From positions 1-37,910 of the IMG/VR virus record IMGVR_UViG_3300011971_000004: a DNA stretch of 37,910 nt. The stretch is one strand, 5' to 3'. This document shows positions 35,181 to 37,910 of the stretch, piece by piece; positions within the stretch are counted from its first letter, which is position 1, and the number at the start of each line of letters is the position of its first letter. The stretch comes from a virus. Lineage: Duplodnaviria > Caudoviricetes. Under the pieces are notes generated by a model. It was not told the DNA's origin. It saw nothing but the letters and a program-made list of their open reading frames with translations, and did not search any database. A program made the translations under genes and the position numbers.

Positions 35181-35930
35181 ATGAACAAGCCTGATATGAC
35201 ATGGATCGGATCACCGAATCATTACGCTGCATCCGATAAGCAAGAGACTGTAGCGATTGTCGATCACATCATGAGCGGGACATTAGTGGGCACAGACTCG
35301 TGGTTTTTGAATCCAGCAAGCAAAGCCAGCTCTCACTACGGAGTAGGAAAGAACGGAGAGATCCATCAATACGTTGACTTAGATTGCCCAGCATGGGCTA
35401 ATGGTGTGGTTAATAATCCCGATTGGTCATTACTCCCAAGCAACAACCCAAATAAGCACACAATCAGTATTGAACACGAGGGAGAAAGCGGGGACGTAAT
35501 GCCCGAAGCTCAGTACCAATCGACGCTTGCCCTGCATCGGTGGTTGATTTGGGTGACAGGATTGCCCGTGAACAGAGACAGGATAATAGGCCATTACCGC
35601 ATTGACTCGGTAAACAAGGCCAATTGCCCAGGCTCTGGATTTCCATGGGACCGATTGTTTAAGGATTTGGAAGGGGGTGAGGATGTGTTAGCAAAGGCAG
35701 TTTTATTAAACACCGACGAGGATTATTGGGCAGGAAAAGATGTAATAGCCGTAAATGGTAATTGTGCGTTCTTTGTACGAGGATCCGATCGATCAGTACC
35801 AGCCGATGCGGAGAGTGCTAAGCAATTGATCGTGATCGGTGGGGGAACAACTGGTCATGGGAACGAAGTACTCCTCTCGGGGAACGACAAATACGACACA
35901 GCTGCAGCTGTTAAAAAGTATCTAGGTTAA
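35181..35930 (+). CDS. Endolysin, N-acetylmuramoyl-L-alanine amidase (Amidase_2)
   Basis: IVDH, ASSHY, AWANG, ISIEHEG, IIGH, CPG; C-terminal LIVIGG..LLSGNDKYDTAAAV cell-wall-binding repeat. Confidence 0.92.
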   Translation: MNKPDMTWIGSPNHYAASDKQETVAIVDHIMSGTLVGTDSWFLNPASKASSHYGVGKNGEIHQYVDLDCPAWANGVVNNPDWSLLPSNNPNKHTISIEHEGESGDVMPEAQYQSTLALHRWLIWVTGLPVNRDRIIGHYRIDSVNKANCPGSGFPWDRLFKDLEGGEDVLAKAVLLNTDEDYWAGKDVIAVNGNCAFFVRGSDRSVPADAESAKQLIVIGGGTTGHGNEVLLSGNDKYDTAAAVKKYLG

Positions 35931-35970
35931 ATTGGTAAGCGCTTGCCAAAATGAAAGGAATTGATTTTAA

Positions 35971-36504
35971 ATGACTCAAACAATGATTAACTATCTGCAA
36001 TCCTACTGGGGGATCATCGCCACTATCCTCGGGTTTATCGTCTACGCCGTATTCCAGCGTGAGAATGCAAAAAAGATTATCCTGTCAATCATGCTCAGGC
36101 TTGAAAAAGAAGCTGAAAATCTCGCGCTAGAGACTGGCGACGCCAAGCTTGAGTTTATCTCCGAAAAAGGTTACCTGTTGTTACCAGCCAACGTGAGATT
36201 ATTTATCACAGAGGCATCTTTCAAATCCCTAGTTAAGAGCCTTTATGATAAAGCTAAACAATATCTCATCGTCGCAAAGCCAAAAGTGGTCGAGGTAATT
36301 GCACCCGTTGAAACAGTAGCTATTGCCGAAACTGTCACACCAGATACAGTCGCGGTTGATTCTGTTGTAGTAACTGATCCGATTGCCCCCGTTTCCGTTC
36401 CTAGCCCAATACAACCCATTCTAGACGCTGCTACGGCGGCAGGACAGATTGCATATCAACAAGTTTTGCAAGATTCCATACAAGCTCTGTCAGTAACTAA
36501 ATAA
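35971..36504 (+). CDS. Holin-like membrane protein
   Basis: N-terminal TM helix, GDAKL motif, Pro/Val-rich tail; in the lysis cassette. Confidence 0.6.
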   Translation: MTQTMINYLQSYWGIIATILGFIVYAVFQRENAKKIILSIMLRLEKEAENLALETGDAKLEFISEKGYLLLPANVRLFITEASFKSLVKSLYDKAKQYLIVAKPKVVEVIAPVETVAIAETVTPDTVAVDSVVVTDPIAPVSVPSPIQPILDAATAAGQIAYQQVLQDSIQALSVTK

Positions 36505-36510
36505 AGAAAT

Positions 36511-36544
36511 AAAAAATAGCCCTCGGTTTGCGCCGGGGGCTTTC
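36511..36544. terminator. Bidirectional terminator between convergent genes
   Basis: AGCCCTCGG/CCGGGGGCT stem flanked by A- and T-tracts. Confidence 0.8.
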
Positions 36545-36557
36545 TGTGTTTATGGGG

Positions 36558-37166
36558 TTATTTAACAACTTCTATGATCGTTGCCTTGACTGACGGTATT
36601 GTTGCCTCTGCTCCTAAAACAGTCTTGTAGGTAAATAACCCCTGAGAGTTTCCCCACAAGTTTATTATGTCATCATCCAGTATTCTGCCCTCGCCGGCCT
36701 TCTTGGTGTATGTTACGTACATCGTATCTTTATATCCGTTAGACGTTTTCGTGACATCAACTCTCAGGGCTATCTTATCACCAGATTCCTGCACCTGGAT
36801 AACCTTGCCTGTATACTTTACTTTCTGCCCATCGTTAGCATCAGGAGTCCTGGCCATAGTCTCATAGGGGATGTTCTTCGCATCATCTTTCATTCTTTGG
36901 TCTTTAGCCGCCGTGACTGCCTTCTGATCTTCTGCAGCCTTAGCGTCCGCAATTACCTTGTCTGCGGCTACTTTATCCGCATCGGCCTTAATCTCCGCAG
37001 AGGTCTTTGCTGCAGGTTGCACTGCTGGATATGTGGCAGAGGTAGCAACCGAGTCTCTACTATTTTTTATTCCGCCATATACGGTCAATGCGATAACCAA
37101 ATACACAACTGTGGCGATTACCTTTTTCCACGTCTTACCGGACCTGAATCCTGGGACCTTACTCAT
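36558..37166 (-). CDS. Membrane-anchored TcdC-like OB-fold protein
   Basis: TM helix, Ala/Lys coil, then YETMARTPD..GQKVKYTGKVIQV..RILDDDII..G..TY.TVLG...TIP, resembling the C. difficile TcdC C-terminal domain. Confidence 0.8.
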   Translation of the reverse strand: MSKVPGFRSGKTWKKVIATVVYLVIALTVYGGIKNSRDSVATSATYPAVQPAAKTSAEIKADADKVAADKVIADAKAAEDQKAVTAAKDQRMKDDAKNIPYETMARTPDANDGQKVKYTGKVIQVQESGDKIALRVDVTKTSNGYKDTMYVTYTKKAGEGRILDDDIINLWGNSQGLFTYKTVLGAEATIPSVKATIIEVVK

Positions 37167-37205
37167 ATTTACTTAAACCTCTTTCCTCGAATTTATTGAT
37201 AATCT

Positions 37206-37233
37206 ATTCTATCACATAGCAAGACTTTCCTGC
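37206..37233 (-). promoter_or_regulatory. SigH-like promoter
   Basis: GCAGGA-18-GAAT on the minus strand upstream of the TcdC-like gene. Confidence 0.6.
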
Positions 37234-37267
37234 GTTACGACATTAATAATCGTTTTACGACAAACAG

Positions 37268-37296
37268 CAAGACCTTAGCAAAATGCCAAGGTCTTG
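37268..37296 (-). terminator. Terminator-like hairpin downstream of the HTH gene
   Basis: CAAGACCTT/AAGGTCTTG stem. Confidence 0.6.
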
Positions 37297-37521
37297 TTAA
37301 TGGAAATAGTCAGGCCAAAGATAATCAACCTTTTCGCCCAATGCCTCCGCAATCTCCTGAGCGGTGGACAAGAGGAGGTCTTTCCCATTCGAGATTTGAG
37401 ATATATGGGATTCTGAATAACCAGTTATTTCCCTTAGCTCTCTTTGGTTTATTCCTTTTTTAATCATAACATCATATAATCTACATCGTTTGTGCCGTTT
37501 AGGTTTCCTCAAATTCATCAC
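37297..37521 (-). CDS. XRE-family HTH protein
   Basis: GINQRELREITGYSESHISQISNG..LSTAQEIAEALG..VDYLW. Confidence 0.85.
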   Translation of the reverse strand: MMNLRKPKRHKRCRLYDVMIKKGINQRELREITGYSESHISQISNGKDLLLSTAQEIAEALGEKVDYLWPDYFH

Positions 37522-37783
37522 CGATGATTTAAGTTCAACAAAAATGGCTCTGTTCCTTCGGAAAGAGGTGTATTATGGTAAATTTATACTCGAATGAAAT
37601 AATTGTGTTATATTGGCAGAATACTTATAGATAATTCGACATTATTTTCACGCATTCGACTAATGATGAAGTATATACTCTAAATTATATAGAAGAGTTA
37701 ACAAATTTATATCCTCAATCCTAGTATAGGTAGCTATCAGGAGAGGTGATTATGTAATTTTAAGACCATCGACAGTTTTCCCC

Positions 37784-37812
37784 TTGATAAAACTTGTCCA
37801 TCAATCTATTAT
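37784..37812 (+). promoter_or_regulatory. Sigma-A promoter reading across the circular junction into ORF 69-344
   Basis: TTGATA-17-TATTAT. Confidence 0.55.
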
Positions 37813-37910
37813 ATATAATAGTGAACCAAACAAATGTTCTGAATATAAAAGAACGGATGATCTGTAAGGGGGAAATAACATGGCAAAGAACATGAAGGAA
37901 GAAGATAGTT
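37813..37910. repeat. Terminal direct repeat, right copy (identical to 2-99)
   Basis: 98 bp exact match. Confidence 0.95.

Noticed and set aside
1535-37199. Numerous opposite-strand or nested ORFs in the track (e.g. 1535-1792, 5997-6299, 16232-16663, 17658-18056, 33504-33791, 36897-37199)
   Set aside because: They overlap well-supported genes, lack RBSs and show no recognisable motifs.

Overview
An essentially complete, circularly assembled temperate phage genome of about 37.8 kb (98-bp terminal overlap), from a spore-forming Firmicute; Clostridia-like host is inferred. It appears to be in the excised (attP) state. Gene order: attP (3' half of tRNA-Leu(CAG)) and tyrosine integrase; CI/Cro switch with GTGTCA-N4-TGACAC operators; ORF6N antirepressor; recombination and replication genes (SMC-like ATPase, putative annealase, PD-(D/E)XK nuclease, O-type initiator with iterons, DnaC-like loader); accessory genes (YopX, VRR-NUC, DUF3850-MazG-like fusion, radical SAM); HNH, terminase and HK97-type head; PBSX/Xkd-like contractile tail with a -1 frameshift in the tail chaperone; a 7-bladed beta-propeller tail fibre; a second, XerC/D-like tyrosine recombinase; a lysis cassette; and right-end morons including a TcdC-like protein. 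The most unusual feature is that the receptor-binding module (tail fibre C-terminus, its chaperone and xkdX) is bracketed by two inverted 33-bp sites with identical conserved blocks and spacing but different inner spacers, directly beside the second recombinase. This suggests a single-cassette switch or cassette-exchange system. Other notable observations: a leader peptide containing R-D-P-P that overlaps a terminator in front of the lysis genes; switch operators repeated at attP; LexA-like boxes on an orphan acidic gene in a phage with no self-cleaving repressor or ImmA; SigH-type promoters and Spo0A boxes on the morons; and two antisense sRNA-like elements with the same architecture. All functional calls come from motif recognition by eye; no searches were run.
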